Shown here: positions 52,941 through 62,856 of the stretch, in pieces
Layout of the letters: each line of letters opens with the position of its first letter
Position numbering within the stretch: position 1 is the stretch's first letter
Assembly (NCBI GenBank): GCA_034669905.1
Contig: JAXMOL010000001.1
Span: forward strand, 64,001 to 128,000
Length of the DNA: 64,000 nt
Origin: Candidatus Hydrogenedentota bacterium
Lineage (GTDB): Bacteria; Hydrogenedentota; Hydrogenedentia; Hydrogenedentales; JAEUWI01
Direction of reading: 5' to 3'
Translations under genes and position numbers: made by a program
Notes under the pieces: generated by a model
The model's database searches: none
Told to the model about the DNA's origin: nothing
The model's input: only the letters and a program-made list of their open reading frames with translations

Positions 52941-54803
52941 TCAGTGGGCGGCTTCTGCTTCTGCTTCGGGAGCCGCTTCCTCGACCGGTGCCGGGGGCAG
53001 TTCATAGCACACCGCCTCGGAGTCATTGCGCACGAAGAGCTTTCCGCCCGATACGACGGGATGGTTCCAGGTCTTGCTGTTCAACGCCTGCATGCGGGCC
53101 ACGATGTTCCCCTCTTCGGGGAAGGCCGGGATCATGAGCACCTCGCCCGACTCCGTGAGCACCAGCAGCATCTCAAACTTCGAGAGCAGCAAGATCTGAC
53201 CCCCGACCCGATCGCCCGTCCAGCGCACCTTGCCGTCCGTCGTATCCATACAAGCCAGCCGGTTGCCGTCGAAGCCGTAACAATAGCCATAGTAATAGAC
53301 GAAGTCATTGAAATAGGGCCGGAAGCGGTCACTCGTCCACATGGTCTTCGTCGTCCAGACGTTGGTCTCGGCGTCCACTTCCGCCTTGATAAGGCGGGCA
53401 CCTTTGCCCTGTCCCCCACCGCCGATGACATTGTAGAGATCCATTACAAAGGGCTGGGCGACCCGGGGGTTACTCCGAATGTCCCACTCCTGATCCCAGA
53501 GGGGCGTACCCGTCTTGGGGTCGAAGGATTCGATACCGTAGTTGCTGCTGATGAGCACCTGGGGCCGAAGGGCCACCTCGCCAAACTGGGGCGACACATA
53601 ACCATTGCCCCCCTTGCCGGCCGTCCAAACGGGTTCGCCCGATGCCGCGTTGTAGGCCAGCAGGCTCTTGCCGTCGCCCGCCGCCGAATAGGTGATCACC
53701 AGGTCATTCACCACCAGGGGCGAGCTGCAGAAGCCCCACGTGGGGATACGGGTATCCGCATCTTCCGCGATGTTTCGTTGCCATTGGGTGACCCCGGTGG
53801 CCGCATCGATACACTGGAGTATGCCCGTGGCCCCCTGGGTGTAGAGCAATCCCTTGTTAAAGGTGGGCGTAGCCCGAGGACCATTCCCCATACGCTCGAC
53901 GAACTGCGCCTCCACCAGATTAACCCACACTTGCTCGCCCGTGGCGACGGCGTAGCACACGACCGCTTCCTGCTCACCCCGTTGCTCCTGGGTGAAGCAA
54001 TAATCGCCCACGACGGCAAAAGAGGACCAGCCGGGTCCGACGGGTCGACGCCAGAGCTCCTTGGGCGGATTGTTTTCCCAATCGAGCCCAAAGGTATCCA
54101 CCCGGTTGCGCCCTTCCCGCTCCGCACCGCGAAAACCGGGCCAATCGGTGGGTGCGGCCGTCTTCGGCACCGCCGCTACCTCGTTTTCCTGGACGGCAAT
54201 GGGGTCGGCCCCCTCCCAGCGCCAGCCCAGCAAGGGCGCCATGTTTCCGTTGACGCCGACGACCTGCAAGAGGCTGAAAGCGACGGTACAACAACCCAGG
54301 GCGACGAGCAACCCTTTACGCTGTGCCTCCCAGGCCATGCCCCGGGTACAGACTGTCATAACCACCACGGCGGTGGTGACGGCGGGCAACAGATAAATCA
54401 GGAAAAAGATATCGAAAGGCCGGGCCGTGAGCAAGGGAATGGCTATCGCCAGGGCAGCGAGACCCACCCCCATAAGCCTATCCCTGAGGGGAATCGACAT
54501 GGAGAAGAGCCACCAGCCCAAGAGAAGCACGGCCGCCACCAACGGCACGATGCCAATACCTACGTAGGTTCGAAAGGGCGTCGTGCTTGTTTCGATGAAG
54601 TAAAAGGTCGTGGCCAGGTGGACCACCGCGACGAGCAGGGGAAAGACGACGGACAGACGCGGTATGCGGGGTGCGGAGGCTTCGACTTCGGTGGCCGCTT
54701 CCTCGGCGGGACTATCACTTTCCACCGTTGACTCCGCACCCTCAGAATTTTCGGGCGTTTCGGTGGCTTCCGTTTCCGGGGTATCTTTCTTTTCGTCGGT
54801 CAT
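52941..54803 (-). CDS. membrane protein with C-terminal PQQ-like beta-propeller
   Basis: Acidic N-terminus, ~5 TM helices, then DWPGFRG, GPRATP, SSPLV, TWNHPV blade motifs. Confidence 0.87.
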   Translation of the reverse strand: MTDEKKDTPETEATETPENSEGAESTVESDSPAEEAATEVEASAPRIPRLSVVFPLLVAVVHLATTFYFIETSTTPFRTYVGIGIVPLVAAVLLLGWWLFSMSIPLRDRLMGVGLAALAIAIPLLTARPFDIFFLIYLLPAVTTAVVVMTVCTRGMAWEAQRKGLLVALGCCTVAFSLLQVVGVNGNMAPLLGWRWEGADPIAVQENEVAAVPKTAAPTDWPGFRGAEREGRNRVDTFGLDWENNPPKELWRRPVGPGWSSFAVVGDYCFTQEQRGEQEAVVCYAVATGEQVWVNLVEAQFVERMGNGPRATPTFNKGLLYTQGATGILQCIDAATGVTQWQRNIAEDADTRIPTWGFCSSPLVVNDLVITYSAAGDGKSLLAYNAASGEPVWTAGKGGNGYVSPQFGEVALRPQVLISSNYGIESFDPKTGTPLWDQEWDIRSNPRVAQPFVMDLYNVIGGGGQGKGARLIKAEVDAETNVWTTKTMWTSDRFRPYFNDFVYYYGYCYGFDGNRLACMDTTDGKVRWTGDRVGGQILLLSKFEMLLVLTESGEVLMIPAFPEEGNIVARMQALNSKTWNHPVVSGGKLFVRNDSEAVCYELPPAPVEEAAPEAEAEAAH

Positions 54804-55004
54804 TACCGAAGGATCTCCGTAGCTGCGGGGGGACAAGAAACGTGGGCATAGTAAGACCATTCAGACACGGGTATCAAATGAGGTCGCTGTACCAGCCGTT
54901 CAAACACGAACTCCTGACGGACGAGCGGGAGTGGAAAAGTACCCAACAGGTTACTGGTACAGGGCCACGGAACTAATCACCCAATGTCCACATGAAACCT
55001 GCTG

Positions 55005-56462
55005 CTACGCCAGCAAGGGCCTGAGCACCCGGCCATGCACATCGGTGAGCCGCATGTCGCGACCTCCGAAGCGATAGGTCAATTGCTCGTGGTTCATCCC
55101 GAGTTGGTGAAGAATCGTAGCGTGGATGTCGTGAATATCGACGAGGTCTTCCACGGCCGACATGCCCATTTCATCGGTCGCTCCGTAGGTCATCCCCCCC
55201 TTGATACCGCCACCGGCCATCCAGACGGTATAGCCACTGACATGGTGGTCCCGCCCGTCGCCCCCGCCGCTGTGGGGTGTCCGGCCCATTTCGCCGGCCC
55301 AAAGCACGAGGGTTTCGTCGAGGAGGCCCCGGGCCTTGAGGTCCATCAACAGGGCGGCCACGGGCTGGTCGGTGATGCGGGCGTTTTCTTCGTGGCGCAA
55401 CTTCAGTTCGCCATGCTGATCCCAGGGCGCGTTGTTGGGGTGGGTCAGGGGACAGGTAATCTCCACGAAGCGCACGCCAGACTCCACCATGCGCCGGGCA
55501 CGGAGGCATTGCAAGGCATAGAAGCGGTCATAGTCGTCTTTTCGGTCGACCCCGTAGAGGGCCAGCGTCGCCTTGGACTCGCCGGACACATCGCACAAGT
55601 CCGGCACAAGAGACTGCATGTGGGCTGCCGTCTCGTAGTTGCGAATGGCTGATTCGATGGCATGAGAACCGCCTCGCGCCTCCGCCACAGCCCCGTCCTG
55701 GGCGCGGAGAAAGTCGAGCTTGGCCCGTTGCACGGCCGCGGGATCAGCGGGGATGATGTTGTCCACCGGATCGCCCTGGGCGCGCACGACGGCGGCCTCG
55801 TGGGTGGCGGGCAACCAGGCACTCGCAAAATTCTGCGCACCGCCATTGGGCACCCAGTCGTTGTTCAGCAGGACATAGCCCGGAAGCTGTTCGTTATCCG
55901 TTCCCAGGCCGTACGACACCCAGGCCCCCATGCTCGGGGCCGCACCGATGCTGCGCCCTGTGTGGAGCAGAAGATTCTGCGCCCCGTGAAGGGGCGTCTC
56001 CCCCACCACCGAACGAACCACGCACAGGTCATCGGCGACGCGGGCCACGTGGGGAAAAAGGTCACTGACCCAGAGGCCCGACTCGCCCCGTTGCTTGAAG
56101 GCCCAGGGACTCTTCAACCATTTCCGCGAGGGGCTGATACTCTGGGAGCCTTTGTCGGCTACCCAGTCCGCCTGCTGGCCGTCCCGCTTGTCGAGTTCCG
56201 GCTTGGGGTCGAAAGTATCCACGTGGGACACGCCCCCATCCATGAACAGAAAAATCACATGTTTCGCTCTGGGCGCGAAGTGGGGCGTCACGGCGTGGGA
56301 CTCGGCCGCGGCCCATTGATTCGCCAGTCCGCCGAAAGCCAGCATGCCAAAGCCCATGTTGCTCCGCTTCAGGAAGCCCCGGCGGCTCATGACCGGCGTG
56401 TCGAAGCCGGGGCATCGGGGGTTTCGTGAGTCTACGCCCGGGAGCGTGCGCTTACTGGACAT
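55005..56462 (-). CDS. DUF1501 domain protein (Tat signal)
   Basis: SRRGFLK, PRAKHVIFLFMDGGVSHVDTFDPKP, WDQH, GEMGRTP, GRDHH, RLTDVHG. Confidence 0.92.
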   Translation of the reverse strand: MSSKRTLPGVDSRNPRCPGFDTPVMSRRGFLKRSNMGFGMLAFGGLANQWAAAESHAVTPHFAPRAKHVIFLFMDGGVSHVDTFDPKPELDKRDGQQADWVADKGSQSISPSRKWLKSPWAFKQRGESGLWVSDLFPHVARVADDLCVVRSVVGETPLHGAQNLLLHTGRSIGAAPSMGAWVSYGLGTDNEQLPGYVLLNNDWVPNGGAQNFASAWLPATHEAAVVRAQGDPVDNIIPADPAAVQRAKLDFLRAQDGAVAEARGGSHAIESAIRNYETAAHMQSLVPDLCDVSGESKATLALYGVDRKDDYDRFYALQCLRARRMVESGVRFVEITCPLTHPNNAPWDQHGELKLRHEENARITDQPVAALLMDLKARGLLDETLVLWAGEMGRTPHSGGGDGRDHHVSGYTVWMAGGGIKGGMTYGATDEMGMSAVEDLVDIHDIHATILHQLGMNHEQLTYRFGGRDMRLTDVHGRVLRPLLA

Positions 56463-59400
56463 AAATGAATTCCTTGAGATTGAAGATGGCGTGGGCCACA
56501 TCCTGCCACACGGGCTGACTCGATAGCAGGGCTTCCATGGGCACGCCGCGAAGTTCCGCGCATTGCCCGGCAAAGTCCACAAAGCGGGCCGTCTCTTCCG
56601 CCGAAGGGGGGCGGGCAAAGGCGGTGTTGAACATCGTAGATACCCGCGCAGCGACTGTTTCGTCTTCGGTGGCGACCACCTCCCCACTCCACCTGGCCGC
56701 CATCGCCATGACAAAGGGGTCGTTAAGCATGGCCAGGGCCTGGTTGGGCACGTTGGTCGTGTCACGGCGGCCCGTCGTCAACATGGGGATGGGCTGGTTA
56801 AAGAGGGCCAGGAATCGGGGCATCTCCATGAGGGTCATTTTCTGGTAAATGCTGCGACGGCCCAGCCCATCGAGGGGACCGGCATAAAGGCGTTTGGTCG
56901 AATCTTCGGCCACGCGGTAGGGATTGATGGGCGGTCCGAAGAGATCCGGCTCCAGCCGCCCCGAGGCCGCGAGCATGGCGTCCCGGATGGCTTCGGCTTC
57001 CAGACGGCGGAGGGGCATGTGGTGCCACAGGCGGTTTTCGGGATCCACCGTCACCCCTGCTTCCGTGGGCACGCTTCCCTGTCGCCACGTGGCGGAGGTG
57101 ACCAACCGTGTAATCAGTTTCTTGGTTGACCAGCCTTCTTCCACAAAGCGGTGGGAGAGCCAATCCAGCAATTCAGGGTGGGAAGGTTGCTCTCCCAGAT
57201 GGCCAAAGTCGTCTACCGTGCGCACGATGCCCGCGCCGAAAAGGTGGTGCCAGATTCGGTTGACGTAGACCCGTGCCGTGAGGGGATTGTCCGCCCGGGC
57301 GAGGTTCTGCGCCAGTTCCAGACGACCACTGCCGGTGGAGACCCCCTCCACGCCGGGCGCGTCCAGAAAGCGAATGGTCCCCCGGGGCACTTCCTCGCCC
57401 AGCGCGGTATAGGAACCCCGAATACCAATCTTCGCATTCTCACCATCGTACCAATCATCCGCCGAGCCCACGGTGCGCTCGGGCTGGAGCCGGGCCTCGG
57501 TTTCACGGTAGCGGGCGACCAGGGCTGCGAGGTCGGGGTGCTCGGCCGTGGTGTTCGGTAGCCACCCGGCGATTAACACCTCGTTTATGAGTCGCACATC
57601 ATCTTCATCGCAGGTACCGACCCGCCAATGCTCCACGGCGGCCATGACCGACGCGGTGATACGGGATGTGGCCTCCGCCATCGTCGCGGGCGGTGACGAC
57701 AGGGCAAACAAGGACGCGAGGTACCCCCATTCGTCGACGGGGGTATAGCCCGGTGTCACATTATAGGCGTGGGTTACGCCAAACCAGGAGCGGGGATCCG
57801 CTTCGATGGCCTGTTTCAAGCCGCCGTAGTTATCCCGGGGCGGATAGTAGTTGTTGAGGGATTTGGTCACCATTTCGAGATAGACCAATCGCGGCGTATT
57901 ATCCGGACCACCGGCCAGGGCAGCGTGGTTCCCGGCCGTGAAGGTCAGCCATCCCATGGTGGGCTGCTTGAGAAACTTCATGCGCTCGCTGTGAAAGGCA
58001 TTGTCCACCACCAGCGATTCGGCGGCGTAATCACCCCCCGCGTAGGCCAGGGCCAGGGTCGGCGGTGGGTCCTGGGGCAACAGATCACTGCGCAAGGCAC
58101 CCGCCAATCGTTTGGACCACACGTGGGACCAGCGCCCGGCGGGCAGGAGCTGTGCCACGAGGGCATCTCCTTCGTCCGCCACCACGAGGGCACCGTGATC
58201 GACAAGGCCATGCTTCATTCCCAGCCCGTCCGTGCGCCACCCCTCGGGCACCGCCTCTCCCGTGAAGTCGGCGGTGAGCGTCAGGTTTTTCTGGTTACCT
58301 GCCACCCGTGCGGCCCGCTCTTCGCGATAGCGGTCTGCCAGGGTCGTCCAGACGGATTCCACCGTTTCTCCCCCTTCCACCGCCTGCAACAGGTAGTCAC
58401 GGAGGGCCACGACCTGCGCCGGGAAAGGCACTTCTTCCGGGGCGGCCTGCACTTTCTTCGCCGTCTTCTTCTCATCTTCCTCGGGCACCGGCGGTGCCGT
58501 GGCGATACGTGATTCCACCAGGCTCCGGGCATCGGACCAGAACCCGCCAAGCGCCTGCTTCATTGCCGATTTAATCGTCGCCAACTCTTCGAGGACGGGG
58601 CCATTCGGGACCTCCGCCTCGGCACTGCGCACAGTCCACCGCGAACTCATCAGGACACCCGCGAGGCTGTAGTAGTCCCGTTGCGCCACCGCGTCCAGCT
58701 TGTGGTCATGGCATTGGGCACAGGCCACGGTGGTGGCAATAAAGCTCTTGCTCACCGTGTCAATCATGTTGGCAATGGCTTCCTGGGTGACCCCCTCGGC
58801 CGCCGCATTATCGCCGTGACGTCGTTCCCCCATCCGCATGGACATGGGACCAATCATGGCCTCGTTGAGGCCCGTTTCCTGGTCCACCCGGGGGGGCAGC
58901 AGGTCCCCGGCGATTTGCTCAAGCACCAGCTGACGATAAGGCACATCGTTGTTATAGGCCCGAATGAGGTAATCCCGATACCGCCACGCATTCTTCGCAG
59001 GCGCATCCCATTCGTAGCCGTGGGTGTCGGAATAGTGGACCACGTCCATCCAGTGGCGTGCCCAACGCTCGCCGAAGTGTGGGCTGGCCAAATAATGTTG
59101 CACGAGGGCCTCGTAGGCGGCATCGGTGGGATTCGCGGCATAGTCCGCCACTTCCGCAGGCGTGGGTGGCAATCCCGTGAGGGCGAAACTCAATCGTCGC
59201 ACGAGGGCCCGGGGCTCGGCTTCGGGCACCGGGGTCAACGCGGCAGCCGTGAGGGATGCGAGTATGAAGGCATCCACCTCATTACGCGGCCAGGACGAAT
59301 GGGTCGTTTCGGGGGGCGTAACCGATGCGACGGGCTGGAGGCTCCACCACGCTTTTCGCTCCTGGTAGAGGGCCTCCCATCCGTCGTCCGCGGTGGCCCT

Positions 59401-59814
59401 GAGCTCCGTAAGGGGACGGGTGTCCATGGCCCCAGCCTCAATCCATTCGATCAACGTGGCGATTTCTTCCGCCTTCAGTTTGGCCTTGGGCGGCATCTGA
59501 AATTCTTTGTCGATGTGCTGCACCGCTGTGATAATGCGGCTTGCTTCGGGCTCTCCAGGCACCAGGATGGGCCCCCCTTCACCGCCGCGCACGATACCGG
59601 AGCGGGAATCGAGGGCCAGGCCTCCCTTGATTCTATGGGCGTGGCTGTGACATTCGAAGCAATTGGCCTCCAGGATGGGCCCTACCCGGGTGGCAAAGAA
59701 ATCCTCCGAGACCCCGACTGGCGCGGCGAGCAGGAGGAGCACGACGCCAAGCCCAGCGGGCCAACGGGTCCAGAAAAGGGCTTTTGAGCCCTGAGGGGGT
59801 GGGGTTATCATCAT
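56452..59814 (-). CDS. planctomycete cytochrome c / DUF1549 / DUF1553 (PSCyt1-PSCyt2-PSD1) protein
   Basis: CFECH and CAQCHDHK CxxCH motifs, FGERWARHWMD, NPLTARVYVNRIW, PSHPELLDWL, QALAMLN. Confidence 0.92.
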   Translation of the reverse strand: MMITPPPQGSKALFWTRWPAGLGVVLLLLAAPVGVSEDFFATRVGPILEANCFECHSHAHRIKGGLALDSRSGIVRGGEGGPILVPGEPEASRIITAVQHIDKEFQMPPKAKLKAEEIATLIEWIEAGAMDTRPLTELRATADDGWEALYQERKAWWSLQPVASVTPPETTHSSWPRNEVDAFILASLTAAALTPVPEAEPRALVRRLSFALTGLPPTPAEVADYAANPTDAAYEALVQHYLASPHFGERWARHWMDVVHYSDTHGYEWDAPAKNAWRYRDYLIRAYNNDVPYRQLVLEQIAGDLLPPRVDQETGLNEAMIGPMSMRMGERRHGDNAAAEGVTQEAIANMIDTVSKSFIATTVACAQCHDHKLDAVAQRDYYSLAGVLMSSRWTVRSAEAEVPNGPVLEELATIKSAMKQALGGFWSDARSLVESRIATAPPVPEEDEKKTAKKVQAAPEEVPFPAQVVALRDYLLQAVEGGETVESVWTTLADRYREERAARVAGNQKNLTLTADFTGEAVPEGWRTDGLGMKHGLVDHGALVVADEGDALVAQLLPAGRWSHVWSKRLAGALRSDLLPQDPPPTLALAYAGGDYAAESLVVDNAFHSERMKFLKQPTMGWLTFTAGNHAALAGGPDNTPRLVYLEMVTKSLNNYYPPRDNYGGLKQAIEADPRSWFGVTHAYNVTPGYTPVDEWGYLASLFALSSPPATMAEATSRITASVMAAVEHWRVGTCDEDDVRLINEVLIAGWLPNTTAEHPDLAALVARYRETEARLQPERTVGSADDWYDGENAKIGIRGSYTALGEEVPRGTIRFLDAPGVEGVSTGSGRLELAQNLARADNPLTARVYVNRIWHHLFGAGIVRTVDDFGHLGEQPSHPELLDWLSHRFVEEGWSTKKLITRLVTSATWRQGSVPTEAGVTVDPENRLWHHMPLRRLEAEAIRDAMLAASGRLEPDLFGPPINPYRVAEDSTKRLYAGPLDGLGRRSIYQKMTLMEMPRFLALFNQPIPMLTTGRRDTTNVPNQALAMLNDPFVMAMAARWSGEVVATEDETVAARVSTMFNTAFARPPSAEETARFVDFAGQCAELRGVPMEALLSSQPVWQDVAHAIFNLKEFIYVQ

Positions 59815-60054
59815 TGTGGCCACTCACGCTAATAGGGCACGCCACCACCACGGCCCGCCACGTCCTGGTCGGCAACCCTTCCCTTGAAAAACTAACAATA
59901 CCATCATGCCAATATAATGCCACTTTTGCAATGGACCTGTCTGATAAGCCGGTAGGACGCCGTCCTGCTCGCAGGCGGGCGTTGCATTGCCTCCCGCTGC
60001 TTGCCATAATCCAATGCATAAGCAACTGTAACGTTATCTTCCAAGGAGTCCCCC

Positions 60055-60969
60055 ATGCGTAACTGGAATTTCTCCCCGATAGTATCGGGAGCGGTTGGCG
60101 GGCTTGTCGCCCTCCTCAGCCTCGTTGGATGTGCCACCGCCAACACGGAGGGGAACGCACCCGCAGCACAGGCCCAATCCGTCGCACCGGGCTCGCTGGT
60201 ACTGGCCGTTACGGGCGATGGCCCCCGGGGCGAAGAGGACTGGACCCTCCTTCCCGAGTATTTTGAGGCGGAAAAGGCCGATGGCCGGGCGAAATATCTC
60301 ATCCACACGGGGGATCTCTGTAAGGGTTCCCAGCTCTTCGATGCCGGTTACAGCGCCAAAGTGGCCGCCCTTTACCGCCGTTCCCCGATACCTGTCATCT
60401 TTGTGGTGGGCGATAACGAGTGGAATGACCAGCCCGATCCCGACGCCAGTTGGCCCTTGTGGGAAAAAGATTTCATGCGCCACTACGAGGCCTATCCCAA
60501 TGGCCCGAAGGTAGCGCGCCAGGAAGGCTATCCCGAAAACATCGCCTGGATGGAAGACGGCGTGCTCCTCATTGGCATCAATCTCGTCAGTGGTTTCATG
60601 CACGATGCAGAAGAGTGGGGCTATCGCCACCGCGCCAATGCGGAATGGGTCGACCACAACCTCGCGCTCCATGGTGACGACGCCTATGCGGTCGTATTAA
60701 TCGCCCAGGCCGCCCCCAAGCGCGTGCATGAAGACTTCCTGACCCCCTTCGTGGAGTCGGTGGCCGCATACGGGAAACCGGTCCTCTATGTTCACGGCGA
60801 TGGCCACGTATGGCAAATCGAAGAAAACTGGCGTGCCCCTAACCTGACCCGGATCCAGGTGGACCAGGTCACCCGCGCGCGGCCGGTCCATATTATTGTA
60901 TCCCCGGAAAACCCCACTCATCCCTTCTCTTACGACCGCCACGGTGCGGGCATGGACACGAAAGAATGA
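60055..60969 (+). CDS. calcineurin-like metallophosphoesterase lipoprotein
   Basis: Lipobox LVGC; GD, HTGD, GDNEW, HGDGH motifs. Confidence 0.8.
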   Translation: MRNWNFSPIVSGAVGGLVALLSLVGCATANTEGNAPAAQAQSVAPGSLVLAVTGDGPRGEEDWTLLPEYFEAEKADGRAKYLIHTGDLCKGSQLFDAGYSAKVAALYRRSPIPVIFVVGDNEWNDQPDPDASWPLWEKDFMRHYEAYPNGPKVARQEGYPENIAWMEDGVLLIGINLVSGFMHDAEEWGYRHRANAEWVDHNLALHGDDAYAVVLIAQAAPKRVHEDFLTPFVESVAAYGKPVLYVHGDGHVWQIEENWRAPNLTRIQVDQVTRARPVHIIVSPENPTHPFSYDRHGAGMDTKE

Positions 60970-61766
60970 TATCGATGAAACACTGCTGTACCCCCCTCCT
61001 TCTCGCCTTTTTTACCCTCATTGCCACCGGCACCACTTCGGCCCAGGAACAGGATGGAATGACCACCGGCTTTGTGAACAAGACCATCACCGTGCATTCC
61101 ACCGAGGAACGCTATGTTGTTTATGTACCGGAAAACTATACGGCGGAGACGGCCTGGCCGCTGATTGTCTTCCTGCACGGTGCCGGCGAACGGGGTGACG
61201 ATGGCGTTGCCCAGACCATTGCCGGTATCGGACCGGCCATCAAGAAAGACCCCTCTCGCTTCCCGGCCATCGTGCTCATGCCCCAATGTCCGAAGGAGCA
61301 GGTGTGGAATACCCGGCATGACTTCCTGGAAGCGGAGCTGGAAGCGACCCTGAAAGAATTTAACATCGACCCGAAGCGCATCTACTTGACCGGTCTCTCC
61401 ATGGGTGGCTACGGGGCCTGGCTCTGGGGCGCCCTCCATACCGATACCTTTGCGGCCATCATGCCCATCTGCGGCGGTGGCGACCCCTATGAAATCCAGA
61501 AGCTTCTCAACGTGGGCGGTGGCAACCCCTATGGCAGCCTGGCCTCCCGCGTGCGCGCCCTCGCCACGGTGCCCATATGGGCCTTTCATGGCGGGGCCGA
61601 TGGCGTGGTCCCTCCCGAGCGCACCCGTGAAATGGTGGCCGCCATCAAGGCGCAGGGCGGCAACATCCAACATACCGAGTATGAGGGCGTAGGGCACAAC
61701 TCCTGGGACAAAGCCTATCAGGAGAGCGAAGGCATCCCCTGGCTCCTGTCCCAGAAAAAGCCCTGA
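60966..61766 (+). CDS. secreted alpha/beta hydrolase (predicted peptidase/phospholipase)
   Basis: FLHGAGERG, GLSMGG, FHG..D.VV, GHNSW; signal peptide. Confidence 0.85.
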   Translation: MISMKHCCTPLLLAFFTLIATGTTSAQEQDGMTTGFVNKTITVHSTEERYVVYVPENYTAETAWPLIVFLHGAGERGDDGVAQTIAGIGPAIKKDPSRFPAIVLMPQCPKEQVWNTRHDFLEAELEATLKEFNIDPKRIYLTGLSMGGYGAWLWGALHTDTFAAIMPICGGGDPYEIQKLLNVGGGNPYGSLASRVRALATVPIWAFHGGADGVVPPERTREMVAAIKAQGGNIQHTEYEGVGHNSWDKAYQESEGIPWLLSQKKP

Positions 61767-61844
61767 TGGCGTGCCCACAGTAGGCATAATTCCGGTCTTG
61801 ACAGAAACCTTGCACAGGAAAACGTAGATTGGTTCCGATTCCGT

Positions 61845-62297
61845 ATGTACGAATACTCCCATCCGCGCCCCATGGTCACCACCGATGTCGTGCTCTTTCG
61901 CAATCACGAAGACACCCCAGAGGTTCTGCTGATTAAACGGGCTAAAGAGCCCTTCGCCGGTCAGTGGGCATTCCCCGGGGGCTTTGTGGATGAGGGCGAA
62001 GACCTGGAAGCGGCCGCACTCCGGGAATTGCAGGAGGAGACGGGCCTGACTGCGGTGACCTTGTTTCAGTACCGTACTGTCGGGACGCCGGGCCGGGATC
62101 CCCGGGGCCATACCATATCCGTAGTCTACGCGGGGATGTGCCCCTTGGAAGACAGCGCGGTCACCGGGGGCGATGATGCGGCCGAGGCCGCCTGGTTTCC
62201 CCTGGGCGACTTGCCCGAGCTGGCCTTTGATCACGCCGAAATCCTGGCCACCATGCGCCACGGAAACCTGGAGGAGTTGGACGATGAAAGTGAATGA
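61845..62297 (+). CDS. NUDIX hydrolase (ADP-ribose pyrophosphatase-like)
   Basis: GGFVDEGEDLEAAALRELQEETGL Nudix box, RDPRG, GDDA, LAFDH. Confidence 0.9.
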   Translation: MYEYSHPRPMVTTDVVLFRNHEDTPEVLLIKRAKEPFAGQWAFPGGFVDEGEDLEAAALRELQEETGLTAVTLFQYRTVGTPGRDPRGHTISVVYAGMCPLEDSAVTGGDDAAEAAWFPLGDLPELAFDHAEILATMRHGNLEELDDESE

Positions 62298-62856
62298 CAC
62301 CGACGCCCTGATTGTGGTTGATGTGCAAAACGACTTTTGCCCCGGCGGTGCCTTACCCGTCCTCGGGGGCGAAGGGGTTGTCCGTGTCATCAACCCCCTC
62401 CAGCTCAAGTTTTCCCGCCTCTATTTCACGCGGGACTGGCACCCCCAGGACCACTGCAGCTTCAGCGATTCGCCCACCTTCCAAGACGGCAGCTGGCCGG
62501 AGCATTGTGTGCAGGATTCACCCGGGGCCGAGTTTCACGGCGACCTGCACGTGCCATCTGATGCCATCATCATCAGCAAAGGCACCGATTCCAACGCGGA
62601 AGCCTACAGCGGTTTTCAGGGCACCGACCTCGCGGAACGTCTCCGGGCGGCGGGTACGACCCGGGTCTTTGTCGCGGGACTGGCCACCGACTACTGTGTG
62701 AAGGCAACGGCACTGGACGCCCTGGCCGCAGGTTTCGAAACCGTGTTGATTGAAGATGGCTGCCGCGCGGTAAACGATGCGACCGGCCAGGCGGCCCTGG
62801 CAGAAATGGAGGCCGCCGGTATCCGTCGTTGCCGTGGGGTGGAGGTAGCACCATGA
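62284..62856 (+). CDS. pncA: nicotinamidase/pyrazinamidase
   Basis: VDVQNDFCPGGAL, DWHP..H, WPEHCV, YSGF, GLATDYCV. Confidence 0.94.
   Translation: MKVNDTDALIVVDVQNDFCPGGALPVLGGEGVVRVINPLQLKFSRLYFTRDWHPQDHCSFSDSPTFQDGSWPEHCVQDSPGAEFHGDLHVPSDAIIISKGTDSNAEAYSGFQGTDLAERLRAAGTTRVFVAGLATDYCVKATALDALAAGFETVLIEDGCRAVNDATGQAALAEMEAAGIRRCRGVEVAP

Noticed and set aside
61770..61845. NrtR operator or promoter upstream of the NUDIX gene
   Set aside because: TTGACA is present but no properly spaced -10 or convincing palindrome was found.
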